Positions 42,601 through 52,194 of a stretch of DNA of 64,000 nt are shown one piece after another (position 1 is the first letter of the stretch; every line of letters begins with the position of its first letter). The DNA lies in contig CAJTUK010000004.1 of NCBI GenBank assembly GCA_910579525.1, positions 192,112 to 256,111 of the forward strand. The letters are read 5' to 3'. Source of the DNA: an uncultured Christensenella sp. GTDB taxonomy: Bacteria; Bacillota; Clostridia; Christensenellales; Borkfalkiaceae. The notes under the pieces were generated by a model. The model worked only from the letters and a program-made list of their open reading frames with translations, had not been told where the DNA came from and ran no database searches. The position numbers were made by a program, and so were the translations under genes.

Positions 42601-44470
42601 CCTCTCCAACCCATTTCAACAAATCTACGAAAAATTTAACAAGATCGCTGTCCAAAATATTTTGCGAAAAGCTTTCCCAAGTTGCTTGGAGTTGTTCTAA
42701 TTTGCCCTCTATGGAATCGAGACGCGTCTCTTGGGCTTCCATGAGCGAGCCAACCGCTTCTCCAGAATCGGACACGATTCGCTGAGCATCGCCCCAATTT
42801 TGTATGATTGAATAAAAGGCAGCTTGTTGTCTCGTACCCGCCATCATACCTGCAATCGCTGCGCGCGAAGTTGAATCTAAATTATCCCACACCTTAGACA
42901 GGTCATTTAATATCGCATATGTAGATTTTAATTGACCATTACTATTTAGGATTTCAACGCCGTATGCCTTCATTTCCTTAGCAAGATCGGCGGTTGCCAT
43001 AATACTGCCTGCGTCTTCGCCAAGCTCTTCGAGTTCCGCAGTACTCTTAGAAATACGTGCAGCAATTGTCCTAACTGCCGTCGATGACTTGCTAACATCT
43101 TGTAAAGTGGCGTTAGCAGCAGAAACGATTGCTATAGATTGCTGTAAGCTGTTTCCGTTTGCAGCGAGTGCGCTTGCGGCGTTGTTCATTGCTTCACCAA
43201 TTTCTGCTTGTGAAATTGGGAAACTATTACCAATCCATATAAGTTGGTCAAGTACCGCCTCTAATCCCTCAGCACCTATATTAAAAGCTTTAATAATACC
43301 AGTAATATTTGTTGTTGCTTCGTTAACATTAACCCCCGCAACCTTTGCATAAATGGTTGTTTTTTCCGCAAGTGTTTGCGCATCTTTGAGGTCATAACCA
43401 AGCCTTGCATATACGGTTGTAGATTGTGTAAGGTCAGCAATACCCGTACCAATTTCTCTTGCCGCTTTTGATATATTTTTCGCAGCGTCATTCATTTGCC
43501 GAGACGTAGCTTTTGTTACGATATTCAGCTCAGTCATTGCTGTGTTTATCTTTTTCACGTTATCGTAAACTTGCTTTAATGCGCGCAACAAAACAAGCAG
43601 AAGCGTTTGTGCGATACGTTGTATAATACGAGACCCGAAGGCTTCTTTGATTTTGTTACCAACAGTATTTGTCTCTCTGCCAATTTCTTTAAGACGTGCT
43701 TGTGTATTTAAGAATTCAGTATTGAGCTTTGTAACCTCATCCTTAGTAACGCCACCCTCTTGGTTAAGAGCCGCCTGAACCTTTGCGTGGAATTCATCGA
43801 CTAATCGTGCCGCCTCTTTACTTCGCGCAATTATCTTATCAAAACCGTTATCTGTATAAAGTGATTGTGCTTTTACATCTAACTTGGCAAGAGCAGTCTC
43901 GTTTGCAATTGTGGGAGCGGATGCCGAAGCAGACTGTGCTTTGTAAGCCTTTTTCAGCGCGCGCTCCAGGGATTGAACGCTCTTAACGCGCTCCTCGTCT
44001 TTTCCAAGAAGCTCTTTTAATTGCGCAAGCTGCTCTTTGTATGTTGCTTGTAGTTCTTTGGCTTGGCGTGTAAGAAGCGTGCCGCCGACCGTTCCTTTTT
44101 TCTCCTCATCTGAGAGTTTCAAAAGTTTAGCCTTGGTTTGATATAATTTCTCAAGAGTACTTCTTAATTGCTCGTAGGATACCCCTTGTTTTTTGGCATC
44201 ATTCTCGCCGCTGGAGGAACCGCCGCCCCCTTCAACTTCAGGCTTGACATTCGCTCTAATTTTTATGTTCAACGAGCTGAGAGTCTTGTCGAGCTCTTTC
44301 TTTAGCGAAGATAATTGGTTCTTGAAATAGGTTTTATTTACGTTAACCTTAAGGCTAATTTTGCTTGCGATATATTCTAATTGTTCTTTGATGAGAGCAC
44401 CCGATGAACCCGCTTGAAAACCTTTACCGCCAGCTACACCAAACTTAATGCCAATTATATTATCAGCCAT
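39647..44470 (-). CDS. Tail tape measure protein
   Basis: 1607 aa. Extended coiled coils, a central hydrophobic/Gly-rich segment, and a TP901-type core region. Confidence 0.9.
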   Translation of the reverse strand: MADNIIGIKFGVAGGKGFQAGSSGALIKEQLEYIASKISLKVNVNKTYFKNQLSSLKKELDKTLSSLNIKIRANVKPEVEGGGGSSSGENDAKKQGVSYEQLRSTLEKLYQTKAKLLKLSDEEKKGTVGGTLLTRQAKELQATYKEQLAQLKELLGKDEERVKSVQSLERALKKAYKAQSASASAPTIANETALAKLDVKAQSLYTDNGFDKIIARSKEAARLVDEFHAKVQAALNQEGGVTKDEVTKLNTEFLNTQARLKEIGRETNTVGNKIKEAFGSRIIQRIAQTLLLVLLRALKQVYDNVKKINTAMTELNIVTKATSRQMNDAAKNISKAAREIGTGIADLTQSTTVYARLGYDLKDAQTLAEKTTIYAKVAGVNVNEATTNITGIIKAFNIGAEGLEAVLDQLIWIGNSFPISQAEIGEAMNNAASALAANGNSLQQSIAIVSAANATLQDVSKSSTAVRTIAARISKSTAELEELGEDAGSIMATADLAKEMKAYGVEILNSNGQLKSTYAILNDLSKVWDNLDSTSRAAIAGMMAGTRQQAAFYSIIQNWGDAQRIVSDSGEAVGSLMEAQETRLDSIEGKLEQLQATWESFSQNILDSDLVKFFVDLLKWVGEVLNAIMGFGDGAIPKMALIVVSTIGVIAIMKKLIPLIQTARLQFKLLAMELGVSATGIKGFFLTVGAAMKKFMAENAPLLIISTIISMMTLFEGKVQGFAEIIVGAVMFIAAGIAIAIKGIDTVVKGFMASNPLGWILAAITAVVAIVKGVIDLIKSFNPSYEDLKEAAKECKDAWKETKEELEEVKNKIKEVQEAIDELNSKDKLSIVDQQELQRLNQELELLKQQEAVKEEAATVAQRDAMNAAEDALDKYKSKNTIKDNNGNVIKSFDSRVYDALKDYRNSSDRDWALKTIQEYNEVLDGFEYGLNEKMDSYLADRDKLLDMYTAATQSTLDAWSAIISRTTNQGAVDALKSFADTYSDTTKITGAALEELAQQTPEVQKLFEYLKTIGIWDGTNWDDLTGLIGDLRTKLVELAEINIVDDIEAITDKFDVLSDALSDVTKNGIVSLGTLQTLMDKYPSLLDKYFNRDLDGYKLSGDYQGQSNFDILKDMAITSLQEYQKVLEDAKKTLAGLTKEDDDYETALKNLATAQDNLNIKEIEWASLLRELAISEETDRLEKMQDALEEQLDIYKELIDIRKDLLKTYQEEINYQKELAKKQKSVADLQTQLSLAKLDKSATGQARARELESQLQEAQEELDEYTLERAIENITTALDNEYNEYEQFIQGQVELISTQITEIAQTLHGILTGIEGLTNTQFTGTEMYDLYSDLKRKQAAGMSVTGDAKTFMDKVAAGDYSGADSYYIAAKSVADSYKTPQAPAPEMTEDQKKAAEMTKIKGAWGKGMAKNNAGDNGEVILNGTTYHVQTATDGDSDGLYKAAYEVNKYGDRDIFYYKGNLYGCLDGTILKLEEQDGWGRFWNGVGNNNGWEALKRATGMYHSGGFVGDFTSLKSNEEFAKLLNGEFVSTPRQMDNFMKKTLPMMLSSRGSNGATINNNSPLIEIKCGDVNENTLPKLKSLVDQAVTKIEKNMESALTRTGYKKKF

Positions 44471-44493
44471 ATTCCTCCTCCTTTTTTAATATT

Positions 44494-44515
44494 AAAAAAC
44501 TCGCATACGCGAGCG
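44494..44515 (-). terminator. Weak hairpin plus U-run upstream of the TMP gene
   Basis: Minus strand reads CTCGC, GTAT loop, GCGAG, TTTTTT. The stem is only 5 bp. Confidence 0.3.
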
Positions 44516-44527
44516 TTGTTTTCAATG

Positions 44528-45067
44528 TTATGCCTTGGAACATTCTTTGTAATCCCCAAGAAGTTCCGCTTTTGCTATACCTTTACCGGCGCCATTATTG
44601 AATTCATTTATTGCTTGAATTAGAAAGTCACTTCCTTCTCTTTCTTTACGGCTTCGTACATCACCGTGATTACCGTACTTGGTTATCCACCATCCGTACA
44701 CATAATTACGTGCATTATATCCTTTCGCAAATAGCAAAACTATGTTGTGCAATACGGGATCATCTCCGTCTAAATATAGCGAATCTCTTTCAAGCGAACC
44801 ATCTCTAAAGGAAACTTCTAACCGCCAAAGACCGTCGCTGTCCATATATGGTTTTTGCACTACTATATCATCGAGTGTAATAGACTTAATCAGCGCGTTG
44901 ACGTGCTTATATAAAATGTTTTTCATTTGTTCGCCGTATGTCGTTAACATAGCCGTTGGATCTTTATCGACATACTCCATACCCGTTTTCTTTTTTATTT
45001 CTGCCTTGCCCGCGGGGGACTTGGCGTATTGCTCGATGAGCTTGTTAATATAGCTTTCTGTAATCAT
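44528..45067 (-). CDS. Hypothetical protein
   Basis: Taken from the ATG at 45067 (GGAGGGC SD), 179 aa. The track start at 45175 overlaps the upstream gene. Confidence 0.5.
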   Translation of the reverse strand: MITESYINKLIEQYAKSPAGKAEIKKKTGMEYVDKDPTAMLTTYGEQMKNILYKHVNALIKSITLDDIVVQKPYMDSDGLWRLEVSFRDGSLERDSLYLDGDDPVLHNIVLLFAKGYNARNYVYGWWITKYGNHGDVRSRKEREGSDFLIQAINEFNNGAGKGIAKAELLGDYKECSKA

Positions 45068-45143
45068 TTGCCCTCCCGTACAACACAGAACAAGGGCTGG
45101 ATGATTTATCCTCACCCAGCCCACTCTGTATAAAACTATTCTT

Positions 45144-45452
45144 TTATTCGTCGATAGTCCAAGTTTGGACTTCATTCCATATTTTGTCTATGAATGAGTT
45201 ACCTTTTAACTTTTTATATTGCATATAAAGCTTTTCCAAGTCTTCGTATTCGTAAAGCCGCATCCGACGTTCTTGATAGTGCTTGTAGTAAATCTCCGTA
45301 ATCCTGTCTCTCAACAAACATCTGTCGGTTTCTTGCCCACGATAGCGACCAAAAAGCCACGCTCTGAATGGTTTACACACTGATGTTAAGAGGACAATAG
45401 CAGTACTCGGTATGCCTACTACAAGGCTTATGATTTGCAATGTTTGCAACAT
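45144..45452 (-). CDS. Small membrane protein
   Basis: 102 aa with a GGAGGAG SD. N-terminal TM segment LQIISLVVGIPSTAIVLLTSV. Confidence 0.5.
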   Translation of the reverse strand: MLQTLQIISLVVGIPSTAIVLLTSVCKPFRAWLFGRYRGQETDRCLLRDRITEIYYKHYQERRMRLYEYEDLEKLYMQYKKLKGNSFIDKIWNEVQTWTIDE

Positions 45453-45502
45453 TCTGCTCTCCTCCGATATACCCCCTTATGGCATATCTAATAAATTAAA
45501 TA

Positions 45503-46108
45503 TTAACCTTGAACATCCTTTTTGCCGAGTAAACCGGTAATTAAATCCTGTAATGATGCACCTTTTGGCATATCCTTAAGCTTTGAAGTTATTGCCGTGA
45601 TGTCTTCCTGCGGAATCCTGCCCTCAAAATCTTTGAGTACGCCGCCAATTTTATCCATGAGAGAGTTCATATCTGTCTTTGATACGAGATATTGTCTATA
45701 TGTATCGATTGCCTTATTGGCAGCGTCAAATATATCTTTAATCTCAAACTTTCCGACGGTCTTAACGACATCCTCATAGATAGGTGTATAATTCAAAACC
45801 AGCCACATATCATCCAGCTTAGTGGGAAGCTGCAAGTCTGTGAAATATTTTATAACTGTGTACTTCTGGAGTAAAGTCAAGAACTCTGGAACGTAAGAAT
45901 TTACGGTATTTTTTTCATCCATAAATACTCCGTCCACAATTTCTCTTATCATTTCAGTTCTCTTCATAAATGGCAGCACAGGGTATACTTTTACGTTAAG
46001 TTCCTTGTTGTCCTCGCCATATTTCAACTCCACAACTTTGGGAGCACTCTTTTCAATAAGAGCCTTGATTTGTGCTGTGTTATTATTTGCGTTTTTTGTA
46101 TTTTTCAT
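45503..46108 (-). CDS. Putative tail assembly chaperone
   Basis: 201 aa, located between the major tail protein and the TMP. No slippery site or frameshift partner identified. Confidence 0.4.
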   Translation of the reverse strand: MKNTKNANNNTAQIKALIEKSAPKVVELKYGEDNKELNVKVYPVLPFMKRTEMIREIVDGVFMDEKNTVNSYVPEFLTLLQKYTVIKYFTDLQLPTKLDDMWLVLNYTPIYEDVVKTVGKFEIKDIFDAANKAIDTYRQYLVSKTDMNSLMDKIGGVLKDFEGRIPQEDITAITSKLKDMPKGASLQDLITGLLGKKDVQG

Positions 46109-46568
46109 TGTATTCCTTGATCTCCTTTAATTTCTGCGTCTTTTCTTTTTTGCGCTGCTTTCTTCCTGTTTTAATTGTTTCATACGTAGTCCATCCTCCG
46201 TCAATTTTTGAAAACCCCAACCAAACATAATCAAGATTGGGATAGGTGTACCAAAACATTTTACGTTTTAGTTTTGCTACGTTATCTGGACATCCTTTAA
46301 TATCTATGACGGTCTCTTTGCCGTCTTTGTCTATAGTATAAAAATCAGCCTTATATTCAATTGCTTGAACTTTTGTGCCGTAGCGAATAAAAGCTGGTTG
46401 CAAAATGTATTTTTTTTGCATTTCGTAATGAACAATATCTCCACTCTTAACGGCGGGTAATATTACATCACGATAATATTTCATCTCAATAGCACTATCA
46501 AAGACAATTCCGTCATAGGTTCTGTCGTAGGTTTTTTTACCTACGTTATATTTTGTTCTTTCTTCCAT
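46083..46568 (-). CDS. DUF1064-like (PD-(D/E)XK-type) protein
   Basis: 161 aa. YDGIVFDSAIEMKYY...YKADFYTIDKDGKETVIDIKG fits the DUF1064 pattern FDSxxE...Y.DF...D.KG. Confidence 0.55.
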   Translation of the reverse strand: MEERTKYNVGKKTYDRTYDGIVFDSAIEMKYYRDVILPAVKSGDIVHYEMQKKYILQPAFIRYGTKVQAIEYKADFYTIDKDGKETVIDIKGCPDNVAKLKRKMFWYTYPNLDYVWLGFSKIDGGWTTYETIKTGRKQRKKEKTQKLKEIKEYNEKYKKRK

Positions 46569-46631
46569 ACTCGTTCAAGAGTAGAGTTGTAGCCGCGACA
46601 ATAAGCCGCGGCTATCCTCTATTGTAGTTTC

Positions 46632-47384
46632 TTAAGAACCGCTTACGATGTTAAACGTTACGGATTTCGTGCCAGAATAACCATTGATACCAACAATGGT
46701 TGCAGTCGCCGTGCCTACGCCAGTATTATCACTGTAAGTGACAGCATAATCGGTTCCTGCCGTAAGCGTATTGCCATCAAGAGTAACGGTTAACGTCGGT
46801 TCGATAGCACTGCCCGTTTCGACTTGGTCTGCAATGGGCTCAATCACAGCATCTGTGATATCAGTCGTTGCTTCGCTGCGTTCGATGTCAACGAAATTAC
46901 CCTCTTTGTCTACTGCAAGCTCAAACTCGATATCAATGCTCGTAGGGTCGCCGGAACCGTTGTATGTAACGTTGTAATTCGGTTTTACGAGAGCCTTGTA
47001 GACCGTAACTTTTTCGTTGTAAACAACGCCTTCCTCGTCCTTCCATACGGTGTCGCCCTCAATCTTGTAATACTTGAACGCGATTTTACCGTCGTCTTTG
47101 AACGAAACCTTATTACCTTTATCGGTAAGTTTTCCGCCGGCAAGCAACTGCATAACCTGCATAGTTGTAACCTGCGTCGAGATTTTCAAAGTTCCCTCTT
47201 TCGGGTCTTTGAAGCCAATCATTTTTACGTGTCCCTGACCACCAGTAGCCCACGTAATTTCGCCGCTGATTTCAAGGCTGACTTCGTTTGCGAAATCGAT
47301 AACCGCGGTATCGGTTTCGTCTTTGATGTTTGTAAGCTTCAAATTCAAACCATAGCGGTTAGCCATCTTAATTGTATTTTCCAT
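46632..47384 (-). CDS. Major tail protein with C-terminal Ig-like (Big_2-type) domain
   Basis: 250 aa, assigned partly by position. The C-terminal ~80 aa (TLTVTLDGNTLTAGTDYAVTYSDNTGVGTATATIVGINGYSGT) are Ig-like. Confidence 0.65.
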   Translation of the reverse strand: MENTIKMANRYGLNLKLTNIKDETDTAVIDFANEVSLEISGEITWATGGQGHVKMIGFKDPKEGTLKISTQVTTMQVMQLLAGGKLTDKGNKVSFKDDGKIAFKYYKIEGDTVWKDEEGVVYNEKVTVYKALVKPNYNVTYNGSGDPTSIDIEFELAVDKEGNFVDIERSEATTDITDAVIEPIADQVETGSAIEPTLTVTLDGNTLTAGTDYAVTYSDNTGVGTATATIVGINGYSGTKSVTFNIVSGS

Positions 47385-47385
47385 A

Positions 47386-48165
47386 CTATTTCTGCTCCTT
47401 TTCTAAATTTGTTATTGGTTTTAACCAAGCTTGTAAGTCAAAATCTTTTCCGCCGTGATTGCTATAAGCCATTTCGCTTAAGTCCATAGCTCGCAAATAT
47501 CCATATTGGAAGAATTGATCATACAGTTGAAATACGGTTAAGTCGTATATATTCAATAAGGTGTATCCGACTGATACACAGCTGAGTTTTGAGATGATGT
47601 TGCTGAGTTGCATACGCTTATCTGGCGTTGACTTTGTTGCCTCTTGTTTTAGATGTTTTTGCGCTTGTTCCCAGAGAGACTGCGCTTTCTTTGATGAAAA
47701 TTTTGTAGGCTTTGCTGAACGCTCTAAGTTGATATAATTAACTTGCAGCATCATATCTCTAACGTCATCAAAATTATCTCGGTTGATGCACCCTATTTCG
47801 TTGTGATTGTCTTTTGTTTTGGCGATAAAGCAACGCTTTGTTTTATTCCATTCCAATTCCTCGTCAATAAAAAAAGCCATTGCTTCTTGCAATAGCTGTC
47901 GCGTAGGTTCAAGTAATGTAACGACATCAAAAGCGCTAAGTTTATCCGCGTTGTCCAATGCTTTTAGCCGCTTACCGGTGGACATTTTCATAAACTTAAT
48001 TAAGTCTTCTTTTTCCCAACTCAAAATATTTAAGTACAAATTGTAAGTCCACATACCGATTCCACGTGTGGGTTTCAATTCGTGTAACAGCGGAGACCTG
48101 ATATGCCCAACACCTTCCACGGGTATCGAGTCGCCACTGATTAAGTCCTCATAGCTAAACTTCAC
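47386..48165 (-). CDS. Hypothetical head-tail/tail-completion region protein
   Basis: 259 aa, GTG start. Assigned by synteny only. Confidence 0.4.
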   Translation of the reverse strand: MKFSYEDLISGDSIPVEGVGHIRSPLLHELKPTRGIGMWTYNLYLNILSWEKEDLIKFMKMSTGKRLKALDNADKLSAFDVVTLLEPTRQLLQEAMAFFIDEELEWNKTKRCFIAKTKDNHNEIGCINRDNFDDVRDMMLQVNYINLERSAKPTKFSSKKAQSLWEQAQKHLKQEATKSTPDKRMQLSNIISKLSCVSVGYTLLNIYDLTVFQLYDQFFQYGYLRAMDLSEMAYSNHGGKDFDLQAWLKPITNLEKEQK

Positions 48166-48668
48166 TCTTTAATCTCCACAATGTTGAAATCGGGAATTTC
48201 GTATGTTATTTCTCTTATCGTAAAACTGTTTATCGGTGTCACAGTTCTTACGGAGTGTAGCTTTAGCGCGCCAAGTCCGAGAAACTCGGAATTGTTCAAG
48301 ACCTTATCGACAAACCTAACGAGGTTATCTCTGCGATTCCCCCTTATCCCCTTGAACATCTGTCGATTAAGAGTCATATAGTTTTTATGGCAAGCAACCG
48401 AAACATATAAGCGAATGCCCTTCATTGTCTTATTGTCTACACGATTAACTTCCATCTCGACCCAAATATAGGCAGCAACTTGTTGCACGGTGTCATCGAC
48501 ATATTGATAGTCTTTGATAAACTCATCGGCAGCCGTATCAACGTCGTCCTCACCAACTTCATTAAAAGCTTTGTTAGTGAGAAGACCTGTGCAATACTTA
48601 TCTTCGGCAAGGCGAAGCATAACTTTCGCTGGGTACTCTACTATTTGGTCTAAATACGTCTTTGCCAT
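48162..48668 (-). CDS. Hypothetical head-tail joining region protein
   Basis: 168 aa. Assigned by synteny only. Confidence 0.4.
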   Translation of the reverse strand: MAKTYLDQIVEYPAKVMLRLAEDKYCTGLLTNKAFNEVGEDDVDTAADEFIKDYQYVDDTVQQVAAYIWVEMEVNRVDNKTMKGIRLYVSVACHKNYMTLNRQMFKGIRGNRRDNLVRFVDKVLNNSEFLGLGALKLHSVRTVTPINSFTIREITYEIPDFNIVEIKE

Positions 48669-48669
48669 A

Positions 48670-49794
48670 TCAAGTTACCTCCACATTTATCTTTGCCTCT
48701 TTGTATTCGCCAGACGGGCTGGAGCATTTAAGCGTAAATATTGAGCCAATGAGACTATCGCTCTCTTTAACGCTTACCTTGCACGTCGCGCCGTTTGGAG
48801 TAATTGATACTCCGCTACCGTCAAATTCAAGACTCCACTCTACATCCTCTGGAGCTTCTATAGTGTTGCTGCTTTCCTCTTCAATTGCGGTTACGCTGTA
48901 AGTGCGCCCACTACCAGCTTTAATTGTTTTCTTCCCGTCGATTGATAATGTGCCTTTAATGATAAGCTCTGGCTCAGAAGGTTCTTCCTTATCACCATCC
49001 CCTTCGTTCTCTTCGCCGTTATCGTCACCATCACCGCTTTCATCGGGTGGAACAACTGGGTCTTCCGGCGGTGCAATAGGCTCCTCTGGGTCTTCGTCCT
49101 CGACAGGTTTCTCTTGATAGTCGCAAATAAGTTCTGCGATATTGTCGGAATCGGGTTTGTATGGATCCTCGTTAATGCCGAATACCATTAAGTGGCTGCC
49201 TTCTCCGAAATTGCGGCTCTTAATATCTATCCACTTAATCTTTCCAGCTTCGAGAACTTCTTTCCCGTTCTTGTCGTATATAACGCTGATACCAAGACGT
49301 TTATCAATATATAGCGCACGGCTCTCATCGTCCAAAGACACATAACAATTAAAACTATTGTCTGTAACCTTAATAGCTTTGTCGTTGCCATTTGAATACG
49401 AACCATCATCGAGGATAGCGTATTTATGGATAATGTTAAGCTCGAAGTCTTGGTAACAAAATATATGGTTGCACATCCAAAGCTCGCCATAGTACATACC
49501 AAACTCATCGACGTACATCTCGACGCATATCCAATATTCATTGAAGACTTTTACTAAGTCACCTATGTATAACCTGTCGCCGGGAATGACTGTCACGTCG
49601 CATTTATTTGTATCTTTTCTGGTTGCAACTATTGGCTGTAGCTCACCGTTTACTTCCGCATCTTCCTGATATGCGGGAGATTGTTGTATCGTTTCTGCAA
49701 AGCTTTCTTGAACATAGCTTTGCTCTTGGCACTTTTCTTGTTCTAAGCCGCAAGCCAACCAGCGGCGATATAATTCAAGTTCATCATTTGCCAT
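48670..49794 (-). CDS. Structural protein with acidic linker and C-terminal Ig-like domain
   Basis: 374 aa. A PEDPVVPPDESGDGDDNGEENEGDGD linker followed by a beta-rich ~90-aa C-terminal domain. Confidence 0.45.
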   Translation of the reverse strand: MANDELELYRRWLACGLEQEKCQEQSYVQESFAETIQQSPAYQEDAEVNGELQPIVATRKDTNKCDVTVIPGDRLYIGDLVKVFNEYWICVEMYVDEFGMYYGELWMCNHIFCYQDFELNIIHKYAILDDGSYSNGNDKAIKVTDNSFNCYVSLDDESRALYIDKRLGISVIYDKNGKEVLEAGKIKWIDIKSRNFGEGSHLMVFGINEDPYKPDSDNIAELICDYQEKPVEDEDPEEPIAPPEDPVVPPDESGDGDDNGEENEGDGDKEEPSEPELIIKGTLSIDGKKTIKAGSGRTYSVTAIEEESSNTIEAPEDVEWSLEFDGSGVSITPNGATCKVSVKESDSLIGSIFTLKCSSPSGEYKEAKINVEVT

Positions 49795-50101
49795 TCTTCT
49801 CCCCTCCGTATTGCACGCAAAGATTATCGATATTACGTGTTGAGTTCAAGATAATCTTTCTCCACTGCTTGAAGTCCACGGAATGGCTATTGATGTATTG
49901 TAGATTGTTTACTACGTATAGGTATTGTTTTTGGGACGCAAGAATTGGAAATGTTTTCATTGCGCCCGTTACATTTATGATAAGCGATTCAATGTAGTCG
50001 CCCATGTGGTTATCGAGACCACTCATTTCCGACTCTTTCATCGGAAGCAACTTAAACACATCTCCTCGTAAGCTCGATAGAAAATTCCTTAACTGTTCCA
50101 T
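49784..50101 (-). CDS. Hypothetical head-tail connector region protein
   Basis: 105 aa. Assigned by synteny only. Confidence 0.4.
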   Translation of the reverse strand: MEQLRNFLSSLRGDVFKLLPMKESEMSGLDNHMGDYIESLIINVTGAMKTFPILASQKQYLYVVNNLQYINSHSVDFKQWRKIILNSTRNIDNLCVQYGGEKNGK

Positions 50102-50110
50102 TTCTTCACC

Positions 50111-50548
50111 TCACACCTTCAAAGTATCAAACGAGCCGTATCTAAAAGAGTATGTATTGATGCGACCTCTGTATTCTTTTTCTATCTCGTCGCGCAACGT
50201 TCTGATTTCTTTTAGCAGGTTTGCAGGAGAATACGATGTATAATCTTTGTTGTGTATCATATTCTTGAGGTGCTGTCTGTTCAGTGCTTGTGCGCTCAAC
50301 CAATGGAACGCAATACCAAGCGAAAGTATCTCGATGATTTCGTTGTCTAACTCGACGTTAAACTGTTCTTTTTCTAAATCGTAATCATTCAAATTTTCTT
50401 TGCACGAGTGCTGAAAATCGACAATCGATGCCAAGAGATACTTTTGCAGCACAGCTTCTTTCATATCTGTGCAGCAGGGGTTAAGAAATGAATAGTCAGT
50501 GAACTTAAACAACGCCCTTCCGTAAATCTCCTCAAACTTTGTAGGCAT
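50111..50548 (-). CDS. Hypothetical head-tail connector region protein
   Basis: 145 aa. Assigned by synteny only. Confidence 0.4.
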   Translation of the reverse strand: MPTKFEEIYGRALFKFTDYSFLNPCCTDMKEAVLQKYLLASIVDFQHSCKENLNDYDLEKEQFNVELDNEIIEILSLGIAFHWLSAQALNRQHLKNMIHNKDYTSYSPANLLKEIRTLRDEIEKEYRGRINTYSFRYGSFDTLKV

Positions 50549-50559
50549 ACTTCACCCCT

Positions 50560-51084
50560 TTAGTTGTTTACTTGAAGCTCACAGTCAAGAGCTTTTTCAA
50601 ATGCCTTAATCTTCTTACGAGAGTCGAGCGTACCGTCCTGAATGAAACCGTTTAACGCAACAACAAGGTTTTGTTTTGCGCCATCGCTCAACGTTACGAC
50701 CTTTTCTGCAATTTCTGCATCCGTCCAACTGCACGCTTCATCAAATGTTGTTGGATCGATGAAGTTCTTGTAGTAGATATCAATTGCGAGAGCTTTATAG
50801 ATATCCGCAGGCTTTGCTTTGCAGTCTGAGTCCTCGGCTACTCCGACGATAACAAGCCATTGGTTCTTGAAATATCCAACGTCTTGCGCCTTGATGGTTT
50901 TCAGGTCGGACATTGACATAAACTGTACATCGCCGATATGCTCCCATACGAAAGTCTCTTGACTTCTGGGGTTCTTGTAGCACAATACGCCATAGAATCC
51001 GCTCTTTACTTTTATAGAAACGCCGTCCTCGATTTTGATAGGTTTAGGCTGTGATTTGGTTGTAGTTTTTGTTTCTTCTGACAT
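50560..51084 (-). CDS. Hypothetical protein downstream of the capsid gene
   Basis: Taken from the ATG at 51084 (AAGGAGAA SD), 174 aa. Confidence 0.45.
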   Translation of the reverse strand: MSEETKTTTKSQPKPIKIEDGVSIKVKSGFYGVLCYKNPRSQETFVWEHIGDVQFMSMSDLKTIKAQDVGYFKNQWLVIVGVAEDSDCKAKPADIYKALAIDIYYKNFIDPTTFDEACSWTDAEIAEKVVTLSDGAKQNLVVALNGFIQDGTLDSRKKIKAFEKALDCELQVNN

Positions 51085-51167
51085 TACCTTGTTCTCCTTA
51101 TTTTTCAAAATTAAAAATGGGCAAGCGCATACTAAGACACGCCTGCCCACTTATTTTTTCGTTCAGA

Positions 51168-52163
51168 TTAGGCGCTGAACGTGAATACGCCCATAGCTTC
51201 GGAGCACGCAACGCCGACGCCCATAGGTTGTCCGTAAACGTACTCTTTCGTCAAGTCTTGGTTATCGGTAGCTTCGCCCTCAACCATGAGACCTTCGCCC
51301 TCGTTAACCACCTTAACGGGCTTGTCGCCGCCGGCGATAACGAAAATTTTGTTATCGTTCATAGCGAACTTGGTTGTACCGGGTTTGTGAACCTGTCTCA
51401 AAGCAACCATATCGTTACCGTTGAACTTACCGAAGTAGCCCATGTTGTAAAGGTCGCTCTTTGCTTCGTCGGAAAGAACCGCGTTGGGAACCTTACGAAG
51501 AGCCGCTTTGGTTCCGTAGAGACGAGCGGTCTTGCCGGTAGCAGCTTCGATGTGTGCGATAAGCTCTAAGAGCTTGTCTTCTGCGCCCGCAACGTTGGAA
51601 GCAACAACGTAATCCGCGTTGAGACCTACGGTGTTCGTCGCGATAGCGTCGATAGCCTTGTAAGCGTCCGCAAGGATTTGCTGTTTGAAAGATTTTGCGA
51701 GGCGGTCAACGAAGGTATCGAACGAGATACGTCCTGCAAGCAGGCGGTTCAATTCCTCGTACACGCGCGCAATTTTCATAGAGGTTTTAACGGTAACCTT
51801 CTGAGACTCGTCGATTCTCTGACGTCTTACGCCCTTCACGCCCGCAGCCGCATCGGCAACAGCGAACAGCGAGTTGCCTTCAATCTCGAATTCTTGTTCG
51901 TCGCCGTCCGCGATGTTTCTGTAATCCACGAGAGAGAAGATAACGTCTTCGTCTTTGAATCCTTCGTCGATTATCGTAGGGATGAGTTCCTCAATAAGCG
52001 AGTAAACCTGACTTCCGCGATAGAAGTTCTTAATGTTGATTTTGTTCGAGCCGCCGTTAGCTTCGATGAGTGCCTGACGGATCACTTCGGAAGTCTGACC
52101 TTTGGTATAATTTTCAGGTGATGTGCCCTTAACGGCATCAATCATAACTTGCAAAAGTTCCAT
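51168..52163 (-). CDS. Major capsid protein
   Basis: 331 aa. Assigned by position after the scaffold/protease-like genes, by size and by strong expression signals. The family is not recognisable by eye. Confidence 0.6.
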   Translation of the reverse strand: MELLQVMIDAVKGTSPENYTKGQTSEVIRQALIEANGGSNKINIKNFYRGSQVYSLIEELIPTIIDEGFKDEDVIFSLVDYRNIADGDEQEFEIEGNSLFAVADAAAGVKGVRRQRIDESQKVTVKTSMKIARVYEELNRLLAGRISFDTFVDRLAKSFKQQILADAYKAIDAIATNTVGLNADYVVASNVAGAEDKLLELIAHIEAATGKTARLYGTKAALRKVPNAVLSDEAKSDLYNMGYFGKFNGNDMVALRQVHKPGTTKFAMNDNKIFVIAGGDKPVKVVNEGEGLMVEGEATDNQDLTKEYVYGQPMGVGVACSEAMGVFTFSA

Positions 52164-52194
52164 TATGTATATTCTCCTTTCTTATTTATTTTGT

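Noticed and set aside
45450-46630. Programmed -1 frameshift tail chaperone (G/GT) upstream of the TMP
   Set aside because: No overlapping ORF pair with a slippery heptamer was recognisable by eye. Left as unresolved rather than called.
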